The translations under genes were made by a program, and so were the position numbers. A DNA stretch of 64,000 bases from a virus. Lineage: Duplodnaviria; Caudoviricetes. Each line of letters begins with the position of its first letter. Position 1 is the stretch's first letter. The notes under the pieces were generated by a model. It was not told where the DNA came from, did no database searches, and saw only the letters and a program-made list of their open reading frames with translations. Shown here piece by piece: positions 40,901 to 50,467 of this stretch. The DNA lies in the IMG/VR virus record IMGVR_UViG_3300014836_000320, positions 1-64,000 of that record. One strand, 5' to 3'.

Positions 40901-41335
40901 ACTGTAGGATTCAGCGAACTAACCACAGAAGAACAATTGCTTTATACTAGCCCAAGTGGATCTGGTGGTGGTGGTTATGGCGGATATGGCGGATACGGCG
41001 GATATGGCGGATACGGCGGATATGGAGGCTATGGTGGCTATGGTGGCTACGGTGGCTATTGTGGATACGGAGGCTATGGTGGCTATGGTGGCTATGGTGG
41101 CTATGGTGGTTATGGTGGCTACGCATCAAGCCGAGCCAAACTCTACGGTTACATTGACGGAGAAAAACTAATTCTTCGTTGGCTCTTGGACAACAGCGGC
41201 CTAAATATTCCTGTGCGCGGTGACCTATCATTGATCACATCCATGGTGCATCCAACCACAGTCACAGAAGGTTCAGTGGCTCTATCAATTCCTGAACCAT
41301 TGGTTAGTATTAAAACCAACTGGCAAGAAATTTAA
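37916..41335 (+). CDS. Subtilisin-like S8 protease fused to Ig/Calx-beta-like domains and a virion-type C-terminal domain with a YGG tract
   Basis: Catalytic triad VISDSG, GHGTHVAG, GTSMASPQVAG; two beta-rich repeats (VNEGNQFTV / VFEGGTFTL); three RG(E/Q)KI repeats. Confidence 0.85.
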   Translation: MDKKTYIVALKDGVDYNQFWTEVETPTTGLATVPDRVVEISNDKTGIPNLCEYLLTDAEVLQLRNDSRVISVELPIDKNPYITVGPYNLNFTKPNDNSSNDSYVNWGLPRHSNINDVYDSNGNASSGYAYNIDGTGVDVVISDSGIQWDHPEFQDSTGVSRVKRINWYQVTGVANQNGVNSYVDTDGHGTHVAGTVAGKTYGWAKNSHIYAIKTYNTQQGDNINSAEAMRAILLWHQRKTNPSDPIYTGRPTVVNMSWGASLRLITVDNGVADPTNLVSLLTSTTGGKYRNQEWSKNGLETTFTDRGILIDDLNNPINNLCLSSMFNGFPLLNDETDSTLNSMINAGIIVCIAGGNSSYKVDNPSSDVTKDFNNYLNTNLSGLSSTGKLYYHRGSSPTKNLNYPATLDAIKVGNIDAIKSGSDDQANQSSMKGPGIDVWAAGTFIMSAGSNNDTKASPYFLNSSYKQKNDTGTSMASPQVAGMAALYLQQHPTSTPAQVKTALLANAKNTILNTGTDSDYTNGRSLLGSEPNVAYINPVIPYYRLIPSTSDVNEGNQFTVDFTTNQAGTFPYLITGTINSADLSGAPMSGSLANGDRLTFTVAADSVSEGNETFTIKLRNIVPEVSATVTITDTSMGPPPYYYFERSTPTVFEGGTFTLTFRTNQSGYFNYQLSGVQSSDLVSGAFLGSVANGDVLTFNVSPTVAFPGSSQSKTFRIDLTNGAASSSVQIQNSLLPFGTLIRTECRGFDKYGIYADGLGGEYDQMIENNSTECGYVGPPSVISIVNRGQKIQDEVFNGVLLSTNELFGDTHAGEGPSAVPAVQDNIRWGWGGENMPLVERGEKITATLTNELVHRINLSTLRTASSDQELVVVARGEKITAEFLNTASTLLTGARELRNVVDPAFTELSTLGTYPSDTEWQNKLEIVLEYAFGDFGTYESARHFFNAGGDLRFALGLANGYGNGYHTWRCIFQDMGTVRFNIETANSLNTRGVSQTVGFSELTTEEQLLYTSPSGSGGGGYGGYGGYGGYGGYGGYGGYGGYGGYGGYCGYGGYGGYGGYGGYGGYGGYASSRAKLYGYIDGEKLILRWLLDNSGLNIPVRGDLSLITSMVHPTTVTEGSVALSIPEPLVSIKTNWQEI
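40976..41122 (+). repeat. 9-bp coding tandem repeat: (YGG)9-YCG-(YGG)6-Y
   Basis: TAY GGN GGN units read directly from the sequence, with synonymous variation. Confidence 0.97.
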
Positions 41336-41352
41336 CATCATCTAAGGTTTGC

Positions 41353-41401
41353 AATCCTAGTCCTGCGGGCTATAAATAACCGCGTATATAATTCTAGGAT
41401 T
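41353..41401 (+). promoter_or_regulatory. T4-consensus late promoter TATAAATA (41371-41378) inside an 8-bp inverted repeat that covers the next SD
   Basis: aatcctag 41353-41360 / ctaggatt 41394-41401; AGGA at 41396-41399; ATG 41407. Confidence 0.65.
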
Positions 41402-41406
41402 TCTAC

Positions 41407-41754
41407 ATGGATCAACGACTTAATGATGCCTTGGCGTTTGCTAACTATCGCTTGACGCTACAGATACAGCGCCAAAACATCATGGCCAGGGTTGAAGCGG
41501 CCCTGCTTGTATCACACCAAAATTCAATTTTTCGTGCGTCACCAGAACTCATTGGGTTTGTTGATGCACACTCCCGCTTGTCCAAAGAACCATTGATTGT
41601 CAACGATCAAAGCGACAATGCCATTATAATTGCAAATCCACAGGAATTCATTGAGCAATTGATCAAGGCCTACGATTCAGCAATGGTTCTAAAAAATCAA
41701 GAACAACAGCGACTAAAGACAGCCAGAAATCCTGCTAAAATTGTGGGGTTGTAA
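41407..41754 (+). CDS. Hypothetical protein, first gene of the modification operon
   Basis: 115-aa ORF with SD and late promoter. Confidence 0.75.
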   Translation: MDQRLNDALAFANYRLTLQIQRQNIMARVEAALLVSHQNSIFRASPELIGFVDAHSRLSKEPLIVNDQSDNAIIIANPQEFIEQLIKAYDSAMVLKNQEQQRLKTARNPAKIVGL

Positions 41755-42633
41755 ATGAGCAGTCGCGGATTCATGATGTTTGCCTACAACAACGAACAGT
41801 TGGATTATACCCAATTGGCCATTGTTGCGGCCTACGCAGTTAAAAAATACATGCCCGGCATGCCAGTGGTTTTGGTCACTAACCAAATGAGCGTGGACCA
41901 GTGCCGCGAACGCCACGGCGAAGAAATCATGCGAGCCGCTTGGGACGACATTGTCATGACCAATCCTGACTATCAGCAGAACATTCGTCTACATCACGAC
42001 GGTGCCTACAACAGTTTCAATGCACAGTTTACCAACACCAACAAGCACGATATCTACAATCTTTCGCCCTTTGACGAAACCATCCTTATTGACACAGATT
42101 ACTTGTGTGGCAATGACAATCTAGCCAAACTGTTTGGTGGACAGCACTCGGTGGCCATGTATCGAGACGCTATAAATCTACGCTGTGAAGAACCCTATAC
42201 CACAGAACGTTGGCTACACTATGCAGGTATTCGCATGTGGTGGTCAACTGTGGTCTACTGGCGCAAGAGTGAAGAAGCACAACATTTCTTTAACGTTTGG
42301 TCCAGTGTAAAACAACACTGGGAATACTATCGTTATCTCTACAAGTTTCCAGGCAGTCTCTATAGAACTGACTATGCGGCTTCAATTGCCGCACATCTCT
42401 GTGATGGCTGGCAAGATGGCGGATTCATTGGCAGAATTCCTTTGCCCATGCGCTATCAAGACCAGCGTGACGATGTGGTCAAAATCCTAGGCCCCAATCA
42501 TTGGGTCATGCTCAGTAATTTGCCTGAAGAATGGAAAAACGTTGCAGTGGAAATCCGCGGCGAAGATGTTCACATGATGAACAAGAAAAGCATCTTACGC
42601 AACTATGACACTATCATGGAGCAGTTGGCATGA
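41755..42633 (+). CDS. GT-A fold glycosyltransferase-like protein (GT8-like)
   Basis: LSPFDETILIDTDYL DxD motif, WSTVVYW, YRTDYAASIA. Confidence 0.75.
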   Translation: MSSRGFMMFAYNNEQLDYTQLAIVAAYAVKKYMPGMPVVLVTNQMSVDQCRERHGEEIMRAAWDDIVMTNPDYQQNIRLHHDGAYNSFNAQFTNTNKHDIYNLSPFDETILIDTDYLCGNDNLAKLFGGQHSVAMYRDAINLRCEEPYTTERWLHYAGIRMWWSTVVYWRKSEEAQHFFNVWSSVKQHWEYYRYLYKFPGSLYRTDYAASIAAHLCDGWQDGGFIGRIPLPMRYQDQRDDVVKILGPNHWVMLSNLPEEWKNVAVEIRGEDVHMMNKKSILRNYDTIMEQLA

Positions 42634-43334
42634 CTGTATATGTTATTGACAATGCCAACAATCCAAGATTATTTGATGTCACGCAAGCAGACATCAAATT
42701 CCACAATCCGCATCTAGGAGCAGAACGTTTGCCGGCCTACAGTGATCCTGCAGAACAGTTAAAATGTCTGCAGAGTTTGCCACTGGATGCTGGTGATATT
42801 ATTTGTTTTGCTGGTATTGCTCTCAGACGACATACTTGGCTCATGAAAGACATTGCTGTAGAACGCAGTTGGAATCTCATGCCGGGTCAGACAGTTGATC
42901 ATAGACTAGTGCCCATCGAAGCAGGAAAGACTTTTAAGCGGCGACCACAAGACATGAACAATCATGTAGGATCACCATATGTAATGATCATTGGCAATCC
43001 ATTGACAGCCGTAGAGTCTTGGTCAATGATACAGAATTTTGCACCTGAAGATGTTTGGCCACAATACCTACCAGAACAGCCAACCATACATCATTGGCTC
43101 AGTGCCACTGCGGCTTTGTGCCCAGGCTGGTTGACTCCAGATTGGTTTCCAGTTGTTGACACCAGTGTTAGAGATTTAGAAATTGCACCAGTGATGTATG
43201 CCAGCAATCATTGGACAGATTGGATTGCCTTTTATCCAGCCAACGGAAACTTTAAACTGGAAAACCACAGCCAACTTTATCCTGTGTGGTTAGACGAAAC
43301 AGAAAAACCATTGGAGTATTGGCACAATGAGTGA
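42630..43334 (+). CDS. Divergent glycosyltransferase-like protein
   Basis: Loosely parallels the layout of the upstream GT; no clear DxD. Confidence 0.4.
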   Translation: MTVYVIDNANNPRLFDVTQADIKFHNPHLGAERLPAYSDPAEQLKCLQSLPLDAGDIICFAGIALRRHTWLMKDIAVERSWNLMPGQTVDHRLVPIEAGKTFKRRPQDMNNHVGSPYVMIIGNPLTAVESWSMIQNFAPEDVWPQYLPEQPTIHHWLSATAALCPGWLTPDWFPVVDTSVRDLEIAPVMYASNHWTDWIAFYPANGNFKLENHSQLYPVWLDETEKPLEYWHNE

Positions 43335-44310
43335 AATTATTGATGATGGCATTCAGTTTGAACTTAGAAAACGCAAGAAAACTGGCCAAGACTTTTGGAC
43401 AATTTACTATAACACCACCAACGGAACCATTTTAAACATTGAACCAGGTCAAATGCAATCTCCAGAAACCCTGGTAATCAGTTATGTCAGAGTTAAAAAA
43501 ATTCTGTCAGGTCAGGAAAATCAAAACAACTATCGCATAGACTACAATGAAAAACTTGGAGCACTAGATTTAATTGATCTTAGAAAACCTCAGGAATACA
43601 AAAAGAAAAAGCAAAATTGGCAAGTTTGGCTTAGCCAATCAGAATTCAGCGGAGATGCGTTTGCAGATCTACGAGCCACCCTGTTCCAAGAAAATGGAAT
43701 GCTACGCATTGAAGCCAGTAGAGATTGGGGACAACAAACCAAAGAAAATCCCAACAGACTCAAAGACTTTGAGATTTACTTGTCAGACATTGAAGATCCT
43801 CATCTGGTGTTTGGCTTTAACAATATTCCTACTCAAGAAATCATTGAAAAGGGATTTTGGGAGTGTAGACTTTGGAGTTTTATGGATCACGGTCTAGTGC
43901 AAAATATCTTGTATCACAATCAAAACATCAGACTAAATCTTCCCCCTGTTGCTCGATCAGTTTCATTTAAAAGATCCAAACAATACTTTCCTTTCAGCGG
44001 TATCATTGATGATCAGACACTCATGAGTCATCCAGGGCCTGGACAACACATCAGCATTTTTGTTAAAAACAACTCTGTCTGGGCGCAGAGTCATTATGAA
44101 AAAGGTTCAAGTCTTGACAACATAATTGGAAACCTTCGTGCAGGACTGATCTGGCGCGACGACCCAGATAACTTTCTTGGTTGGGTTGAGTTTCCTGCTT
44201 TGATGTTGAGACAACCTCAACCATTTGAATTGATCAGTGATTGGAACGATCCACACCCACCAAATCTATTATATAAAGCAAACAACATAGACATTGGAGT
44301 CTTACAATGA
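43327..44310 (+). CDS. Hypothetical protein
   Basis: 327-aa ORF translationally coupled to both neighbours. Confidence 0.75.
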   Translation: MSEIIDDGIQFELRKRKKTGQDFWTIYYNTTNGTILNIEPGQMQSPETLVISYVRVKKILSGQENQNNYRIDYNEKLGALDLIDLRKPQEYKKKKQNWQVWLSQSEFSGDAFADLRATLFQENGMLRIEASRDWGQQTKENPNRLKDFEIYLSDIEDPHLVFGFNNIPTQEIIEKGFWECRLWSFMDHGLVQNILYHNQNIRLNLPPVARSVSFKRSKQYFPFSGIIDDQTLMSHPGPGQHISIFVKNNSVWAQSHYEKGSSLDNIIGNLRAGLIWRDDPDNFLGWVEFPALMLRQPQPFELISDWNDPHPPNLLYKANNIDIGVLQ

Positions 44311-45278
44311 AAACCCCTATCAGTGAATTTGATGTAGTGTTCATCAGTTACGATGAACCTAATGCCGACGAGAACTGGGCAGACTTATTAGAGAAGTGCC
44401 CGTGGGCCAAACGCAGTCATGGCGTGTTTGGTAGTGATGCTTGCCATAAAGCCGCTGCCAAAATGGCAGAAACAGAACGATTTATCAGCATTGATGCTGA
44501 CAACAAAGTGCGTCCTGACTTTTTTGAATTAGAACTTGATTTACACAAGTTTGATCGCAGTGATGTATTGTCTTGGTCAGGTAAAAATGTCATCAATGGC
44601 CTAGTCTACGGCAACGGCGGTGTTAAACTTTGGCCCAAGAAAGTTGTAGAGCAAATGAGAACACACGAAGCAGTGGATTCAGGCGCCGGTGCTGTTGATT
44701 TTTGTTGGGATATTCACTATCATCAACTCAACAACATCTACAGCGATGTCTACAATAACTCAACACCATACCAGGCCTATCGTGCAGGATTTCGTGAAGG
44801 GGTGAAACTTGCACTACACGACGGTCGTCCAATGGATTGGCGCCAAATCAAAGACAAGAATCACTACAAGAATCATCGTAGACTCTTGGTGTGGATGAGT
44901 GTTGGTGCCGACGTTGACAATGGTCTTTGGGCCATGTATGGTGCTAGATTGGGCTGTTATCTAACCAACCTACATCGCGGCTGGGACTATACCCTAGTCA
45001 GAGATTTTGAATGGCACACTCAGTATTGGAACGAAGATGTAGCACCAAGATTTGCCGGCGGCAATGAACGTTGTGTGCGTAGCAATTACACCTGGGACAG
45101 AGAAAAACTTCAATCAGAAATTGTCAAACTTGGTCGCGCACTCAGACAAGATCTAGGCCTCGATATTGCCGAACTTGACGACGCCGGCAGCAAGTTTTTT
45201 AAAGCCAGTTACTTTAATCCTCATAGACTTGGTCCACTAGTCAAAGAATCTGATGTTGAACAGTTTATTCTGGAATGA
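44307..45278 (+). CDS. GT-A glycosyltransferase-like protein, paralog 1
   Basis: FISYDEPNAD, ISIDADN, YGNGGVK, GFREGVKL. Confidence 0.75.
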   Translation: MKTPISEFDVVFISYDEPNADENWADLLEKCPWAKRSHGVFGSDACHKAAAKMAETERFISIDADNKVRPDFFELELDLHKFDRSDVLSWSGKNVINGLVYGNGGVKLWPKKVVEQMRTHEAVDSGAGAVDFCWDIHYHQLNNIYSDVYNNSTPYQAYRAGFREGVKLALHDGRPMDWRQIKDKNHYKNHRRLLVWMSVGADVDNGLWAMYGARLGCYLTNLHRGWDYTLVRDFEWHTQYWNEDVAPRFAGGNERCVRSNYTWDREKLQSEIVKLGRALRQDLGLDIAELDDAGSKFFKASYFNPHRLGPLVKESDVEQFILE

Positions 45279-45281
45279 TCA

Positions 45282-46157
45282 ATGCTAGATGTCTTTTTTA
45301 TTTCCATAGGTGAGGCCAATGCCGAAGATAACTGGAAAAAGTTAACACAGTTACGGCCAGATGCCAAGCGTGTGCAAGACGTCAAAGGCATCTATGAAGT
45401 TCATAAGACTTGTGCAAAAATCAGCACCACAGAAAATTTTTGGGTAGTTGATGCGGATGCTTGGGTTCTCAATGACTTTGATTTTGCTTGGGAGCCAGAT
45501 GCCAATGTTCATCACTGGAACGTGCCTGAACCCGAGTGTGTGTTAATTTGGCGCAGTCGCAATCCAGTCAACGACCTTGAATACGGATACGGCGGTGTCA
45601 AAATGTTTCCAAGACAACCGTTTATGGAAGATCGTGCCTGGCACATTGATCTATCAACAACCATTGGATCTGTCACAGTAGTCAAAGATCAACTCAGTTG
45701 TGAAACGCGATTCAATGCCACGCCTGAAAGTGCTTGGATTGGTGGATTTAGAGAGTGTGCTAAACTAGCATCATTGACTTCGGTGTGCGGTCGTATTCAA
45801 CGTAAAAATTACAGTATGATGGAAGAATTAGAAGAACTAGAGCGTTACATTGCCACGCAAGACTGGACAGCAGAACAACGCACAGCCTATCGCAAAGGTA
45901 AAAAGGCTGTTATCATTGACAGTTACAAATACGAAACAAACATCTACAATTACTTTGGCGACATAGAAACAGCCGCTGATCGTTATAGTGCTTGGTCACG
46001 TTACGGTTGGCATAGATACAACGGGCAGTATGCAGTATTAGGTGCTCAAGCAGGAGTCAAGTATGGATTAAAGAATGCCAGCAACCTGCAGGCAATGAAC
46101 CAAATCAATGATTGGAATTGGTTACGACAGGAGTTCAAAAAACATGTCAATGTTTAA
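45282..46157 (+). CDS. GT-A glycosyltransferase-like protein, paralog 2
   Basis: FISIGEANAE, VVDADAW, YGYGGVK, GFRECAKL. Confidence 0.75.
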   Translation: MLDVFFISIGEANAEDNWKKLTQLRPDAKRVQDVKGIYEVHKTCAKISTTENFWVVDADAWVLNDFDFAWEPDANVHHWNVPEPECVLIWRSRNPVNDLEYGYGGVKMFPRQPFMEDRAWHIDLSTTIGSVTVVKDQLSCETRFNATPESAWIGGFRECAKLASLTSVCGRIQRKNYSMMEELEELERYIATQDWTAEQRTAYRKGKKAVIIDSYKYETNIYNYFGDIETAADRYSAWSRYGWHRYNGQYAVLGAQAGVKYGLKNASNLQAMNQINDWNWLRQEFKKHVNV

Positions 46158-47121
46158 AGTTAAACCAACTGCTCAGAGTTTCAAACCCAGCAATAGAATG
46201 ATTCGAGACATCCCTGTGGTGTTTTTAAGTTTTGATGAGCCCAACGCAGATCATCACTGGGAATTGTTGCAAAAAGTAGTGCCACATTCCAACATTGCCC
46301 GAGTGCATGGAGTCAAAGGATTTGATGCCTGCCACAAAGCCGCTGGCAATGCATTTCCTTGGAGCGACTATGTTATCACTGTAGACGCTGACAATCAAAT
46401 TGATCCTGAGTTCTTTAACAAAACTGCGCCACAGCAGATCACGTTAGGCATGACTTTTACCTGGGGCGGCCGCCAATTTACCAATGGCTTGATGTATGGC
46501 AACGGTGGACTCAAAATGTGGAATCGAGATCACTTGTTGAACATGCGTAGTCACGAAGCATCTGACAACGAAAGAGATGCTGTTGACTTTTGCTGGGACT
46601 TTCAACAATACAAAGAAGTTCCAGGTTGTTATTCAACTGTTTATACCAACGGCAGTCCTTATCAAGCATTTCGTGTGGGCTTCAGAGAAGGTGTAAAATT
46701 GTCAATGGAACAAGGACAGGTCATTGATCCGGAACGAATCAGCAAAGACATGCATGCCGCTAACTTTCAACGATTGCTGACTTGGATGACTGTGGGTCGA
46801 GATGTAGAACACGGTGCCTGGAGCATGTATGGCGCCAGACTAGCGGCCAAGATGTTGTATTTTGATGATTTTGATTTTACTTTGATCAGAGATTACGATT
46901 GGTTCATTGACTTTTTTGAACAACACAAAAACAAAGAAATTATCACTGAACTTACCACACTGAGTGTAAAATTGCAAGACGTGTATGGATTCAGACTTCC
47001 TGGGTTTACCGCTGATGAAAGTCGCATGCTCAAAATGCTACAACTGCATCCTGAAAAACCTTTGACCTATGAAGATGTGCGTTGGAGAACCAACTTGGGC
47101 ATGTTTGGATGGTTCAAATGA
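46144..47121 (+). CDS. GT-A glycosyltransferase-like protein, paralog 3
   Basis: FLSFDEPNAD, TVDADNQ, YGNGGLK, GFREGVKL; start trimmed to ATG 46144. Confidence 0.75.
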   Translation: MSMFKVKPTAQSFKPSNRMIRDIPVVFLSFDEPNADHHWELLQKVVPHSNIARVHGVKGFDACHKAAGNAFPWSDYVITVDADNQIDPEFFNKTAPQQITLGMTFTWGGRQFTNGLMYGNGGLKMWNRDHLLNMRSHEASDNERDAVDFCWDFQQYKEVPGCYSTVYTNGSPYQAFRVGFREGVKLSMEQGQVIDPERISKDMHAANFQRLLTWMTVGRDVEHGAWSMYGARLAAKMLYFDDFDFTLIRDYDWFIDFFEQHKNKEIITELTTLSVKLQDVYGFRLPGFTADESRMLKMLQLHPEKPLTYEDVRWRTNLGMFGWFK

Positions 47122-48344
47122 CAGAAGAACAAATCTTAGAAGCCAAGATTGCCATCCTCTATTTCATTGAAGAAGCCTGCGGCTATCGTCACAGTCTGCA
47201 TTGGCTTAGACGCTGGATGGAAAGTGGTCAACAAAGCGACCTAGAACATCTCATTATTGAAATTGGTCGAGAAAATTTCTACGACTTCAAGCGGTTAATT
47301 CAAGCAACGCAGGGCGACAATGATGCTCGTTGGGAGATGATGTCAATTTTGACTCAACGTGGTATCATAGTTCCTGATGAATGGAAGCCAGTGCGCGAAG
47401 AAGAAGGCTCGTTACTAGAGCAGGATATAGTGTTGACCTCAGCACCAGAAGCAATGATTCACAGTATGCAGTTTGGTGAGCAGGATTTTAATACTGCTAT
47501 CGGCAACACATGGAACGTGTTTAATTGGATTCAAGAAAACAAAAAAAATTATCCTGAACTAGATCCCATGGGGATCTTGGCCTATGCGATGGAAAAACTT
47601 TACAACAGTCAAAGCAATGTCTATGAAGTGTGTTACTTTATTAGAATGCTGTTGGGCAAAGGCACACTGATAGAAAATACCATCAATGAAGACCTAGAAC
47701 TTTTTGCCAAAAACGTTGGCAATTATTTTGCTGACCAAGAATGGGTAACCAAAAATCTCATGTTGGCTATTCAAAATGGTCCAGAAGAAAACTGGAAGGA
47801 TGCGCTCAGTAGAAACCAAGTTAAAAGTAAAATTTGGTTGCTGGACAAACTCGAAAGCACTGGCTGGTTTACACAAAAGCCAACAGTGACCAAAGAAAAT
47901 CCCACAATGGTTTTGGTTGGGGGTTGGGTTGGATTACTGCCTTTTATTGCGGCAGTTCGCAATCAAAAACTAGGTGCAGTGATCAATGTTGACATAGACG
48001 AATCAACACATTTGCCAGCCAAGGTTTTAAATGGTCAGCACTACACTGAATTTAGAAATCTAGCCAAAGACATAAGAACACTTGACTTCAACAAGTTTAA
48101 AAACTTTGTCATAGTTGACACCATTGTTGAACATTTTGAAAATCATGCAGAATGGATACAAAGTCTGCCCGCAGGAACCAAACTTATATTGCAAGGCAAC
48201 GACATGTTTGATGTGCCAGACCATGTAAACTGTCATCATAACTTGGATGAGTTTGTTGACACCTGCGGCCTAGCCAAAGTTATTTGGCAAGGCGAACTCA
48301 CAATGCCAGGTTGCACAAGATTTATGGTAATTGGCACAACATGA
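47118..48344 (+). CDS. Protein with C-terminal class I SAM-dependent methyltransferase-like domain
   Basis: VLVGGWVGLL followed by INVDIDE; start trimmed to ATG 47118. Confidence 0.55.
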   Translation: MTEEQILEAKIAILYFIEEACGYRHSLHWLRRWMESGQQSDLEHLIIEIGRENFYDFKRLIQATQGDNDARWEMMSILTQRGIIVPDEWKPVREEEGSLLEQDIVLTSAPEAMIHSMQFGEQDFNTAIGNTWNVFNWIQENKKNYPELDPMGILAYAMEKLYNSQSNVYEVCYFIRMLLGKGTLIENTINEDLELFAKNVGNYFADQEWVTKNLMLAIQNGPEENWKDALSRNQVKSKIWLLDKLESTGWFTQKPTVTKENPTMVLVGGWVGLLPFIAAVRNQKLGAVINVDIDESTHLPAKVLNGQHYTEFRNLAKDIRTLDFNKFKNFVIVDTIVEHFENHAEWIQSLPAGTKLILQGNDMFDVPDHVNCHHNLDEFVDTCGLAKVIWQGELTMPGCTRFMVIGTT

Positions 48345-48859
48345 GCAAATTAAGATATTATAGAACAGATGCCAAAATAGATCTAGAACGTCTGCTGGTA
48401 GAAGCCAATGCCTTGGCCTGGGACGATACAATCAAGCAGTATCGTCCTCAAACTGCTGTGCAAAATGCCGACGGCAACGAAGACTACCTCGAAGGCACAG
48501 GATCAAAACCTGGTCAAACAGACGACAAGTGGGCCAATCTACGAAGCGATTTATCAAACACCTGGTGGGAAACATTTTTTGCCAGTTTGCCTTGGCGTGT
48601 GTATAGAACCAGAATTATGATAATGCCGCCGCGAAGTTGCTACAGCATACACAGCGATACCAGCCCTAGGTTGCACATTGCGTTAAAAACACATCCGCAG
48701 GCCAAGTTCATTTTTACCAATCCACCAGAACTGGTTCATGTTCCTGCTGATGGATATGTTTGGTGGGTTGATACTCGTGAGGAGCACACAGCCATCAATG
48801 CCAGTATGGAACCACGTTGGCACCTGCTATTAAGCCTGGTAAACACACCAGACCATTAA
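48341..48859 (+). CDS. 2OG-Fe(II) oxygenase (Asp/Asn beta-hydroxylase-like)
   Basis: RIMIMPP..IHSD..RLHI..HTAIN..RWHL; start trimmed to ATG 48341. Confidence 0.75.
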   Translation: MSKLRYYRTDAKIDLERLLVEANALAWDDTIKQYRPQTAVQNADGNEDYLEGTGSKPGQTDDKWANLRSDLSNTWWETFFASLPWRVYRTRIMIMPPRSCYSIHSDTSPRLHIALKTHPQAKFIFTNPPELVHVPADGYVWWVDTREEHTAINASMEPRWHLLLSLVNTPDH

Positions 48860-48875
48860 ACGGCTACATAATGAC

Positions 48876-49520
48876 ATGTCACTATATGTAGAAATTTCCA
48901 ATGCCGAAACCTTTGATAGCCATTTACCGGCCTACGAAACCTTTTTGCGTCGAATTGCCGCTGAATCCAGAGAAGAAAACAAAGTATTGGTCAACATGGG
49001 TTGGGAACCACCCAGTGGTCTATTGTATCTGATTCAACCAGAGCGAGATCAATATCGTCGATGGACACAAGGACAGGGCGAAATTGCATTGCTCTATGAT
49101 AGACTCACTGGCGGTATTGTTGGCATCAGCGCAGTAGAGCATAGCCTACTCAGCGACAACATCAGTTCAGGTGGAAATCGTTGCTGGCTACAACGCGAAT
49201 ATAGACTCAACAACGAAGTTTCAAAACATCTGTTGGCCAGCAATTTTGCCTGGACTCAAAAACAAAACAAAATTGGCATGATGCTGACATTCAATCAGTA
49301 TAACAAAGGCATCTACGACATTATTGTTCATAGAACACAAGGTAAAAAGGTCTCCATTGGCAAAGTATGGAGCAATTGGTGGGACGACTGTGTGCCTATA
49401 CAAAAGAAAATTTTATTACACAATGTTCCACAGTGGGCAGTTATAAAACCCAATGCAGACCGGAGTATGATCCACGACGAGGTCCAAGAACTAACAGAAC
49501 TATATGGTGTTGACGAATGA
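48876..49520 (+). CDS. GNAT-like acyltransferase fold protein
   Basis: IVGISAV..GNRCWLQREYR pattern; weak. Confidence 0.45.
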   Translation: MSLYVEISNAETFDSHLPAYETFLRRIAAESREENKVLVNMGWEPPSGLLYLIQPERDQYRRWTQGQGEIALLYDRLTGGIVGISAVEHSLLSDNISSGGNRCWLQREYRLNNEVSKHLLASNFAWTQKQNKIGMMLTFNQYNKGIYDIIVHRTQGKKVSIGKVWSNWWDDCVPIQKKILLHNVPQWAVIKPNADRSMIHDEVQELTELYGVDE

Positions 49521-50467
49521 TACAAAACACACTTAACAATCATTTGACTTATTGGTATAATGATGATGAAAACCAACGTTGGCGCAAAGACCCCAACGAC
49601 TATACATCAATGCGTGTTGGTGGCTGTAGCAGAGCACCTTTTTCTGCAAAAATTGAATGGACTAGAATTGCGCGGCTACTGATTGATCAATATCCTGATC
49701 TCACAATTTTTATGAGCGGCGGACTTGACAGTGAAATTGCACTTCGCTGTTTTTTGGCCGCAGGCATTAAACCAAAACTTGCAACCATACGTTTCCCTGA
49801 TGACAAGAATGCCTACGATATTGCTCCCATGATTGATCTGGTCCAGCAAGAATGGGGGTTAGATGTTTCTGTCATTGACTTTGATCCTGAAGAGTTTTGC
49901 CTGAGCGGAGAGTATCTAGCAATTGCTGAAAAGTATCAGGCCTATACATTTTACCAACAGATTTTGCTTAAGGTTGCCGAAGACTATTCTGCGCCAATGA
50001 TCACTGTTGATGAAGTTGAATTGGAAAAACTGCCCGCAGTCAACTACGACACTGGCGAGGTCATGTGGCGTTGGACATTTTTAAAGAAAGAAGACCAAGA
50101 CGGTGTCTGGAGAAGATTTGCTGACAAAACAGGAATACCAGCGTTGAACAATTTTTATACCTACACACCAGAAAGCATGTTGGCATTCCTTAGGCTACCT
50201 ACCACAGCCGCCTTGATTCGAGATCAGATCCCATTCAAGTTGAGTTGGACCAGTAGCAAAATGAAAATTTATTCAGAGGCCGGGTTTAAATTTAGAATGC
50301 GACCCAAATGGCACGGGATGGAAAACTACATGCACTTGTGGGACTTTGTGAAGTCAAACCAACACACTAGTCTATTAGGATGCAACCCTCAATCTTATAC
50401 AATTCCAGCATTGGAGTTGGAAGAAAATTTAGCAAAAGGAAGAATCAGCCAATGCAGTATTCTATAA
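49517..50467 (+). CDS. PP-loop (adenine nucleotide alpha-hydrolase) ATP-dependent ligase-like protein
   Basis: IFMSGGLDSEIAL. Confidence 0.7.
   Translation: MIQNTLNNHLTYWYNDDENQRWRKDPNDYTSMRVGGCSRAPFSAKIEWTRIARLLIDQYPDLTIFMSGGLDSEIALRCFLAAGIKPKLATIRFPDDKNAYDIAPMIDLVQQEWGLDVSVIDFDPEEFCLSGEYLAIAEKYQAYTFYQQILLKVAEDYSAPMITVDEVELEKLPAVNYDTGEVMWRWTFLKKEDQDGVWRRFADKTGIPALNNFYTYTPESMLAFLRLPTTAALIRDQIPFKLSWTSSKMKIYSEAGFKFRMRPKWHGMENYMHLWDFVKSNQHTSLLGCNPQSYTIPALELEENLAKGRISQCSIL

Noticed and set aside
40947-41231. His-rich minus-strand ORF (HHNHHSHH...)
   Set aside because: Antisense shadow of the YGG repeat in the S8 fusion gene; no independent expression signals
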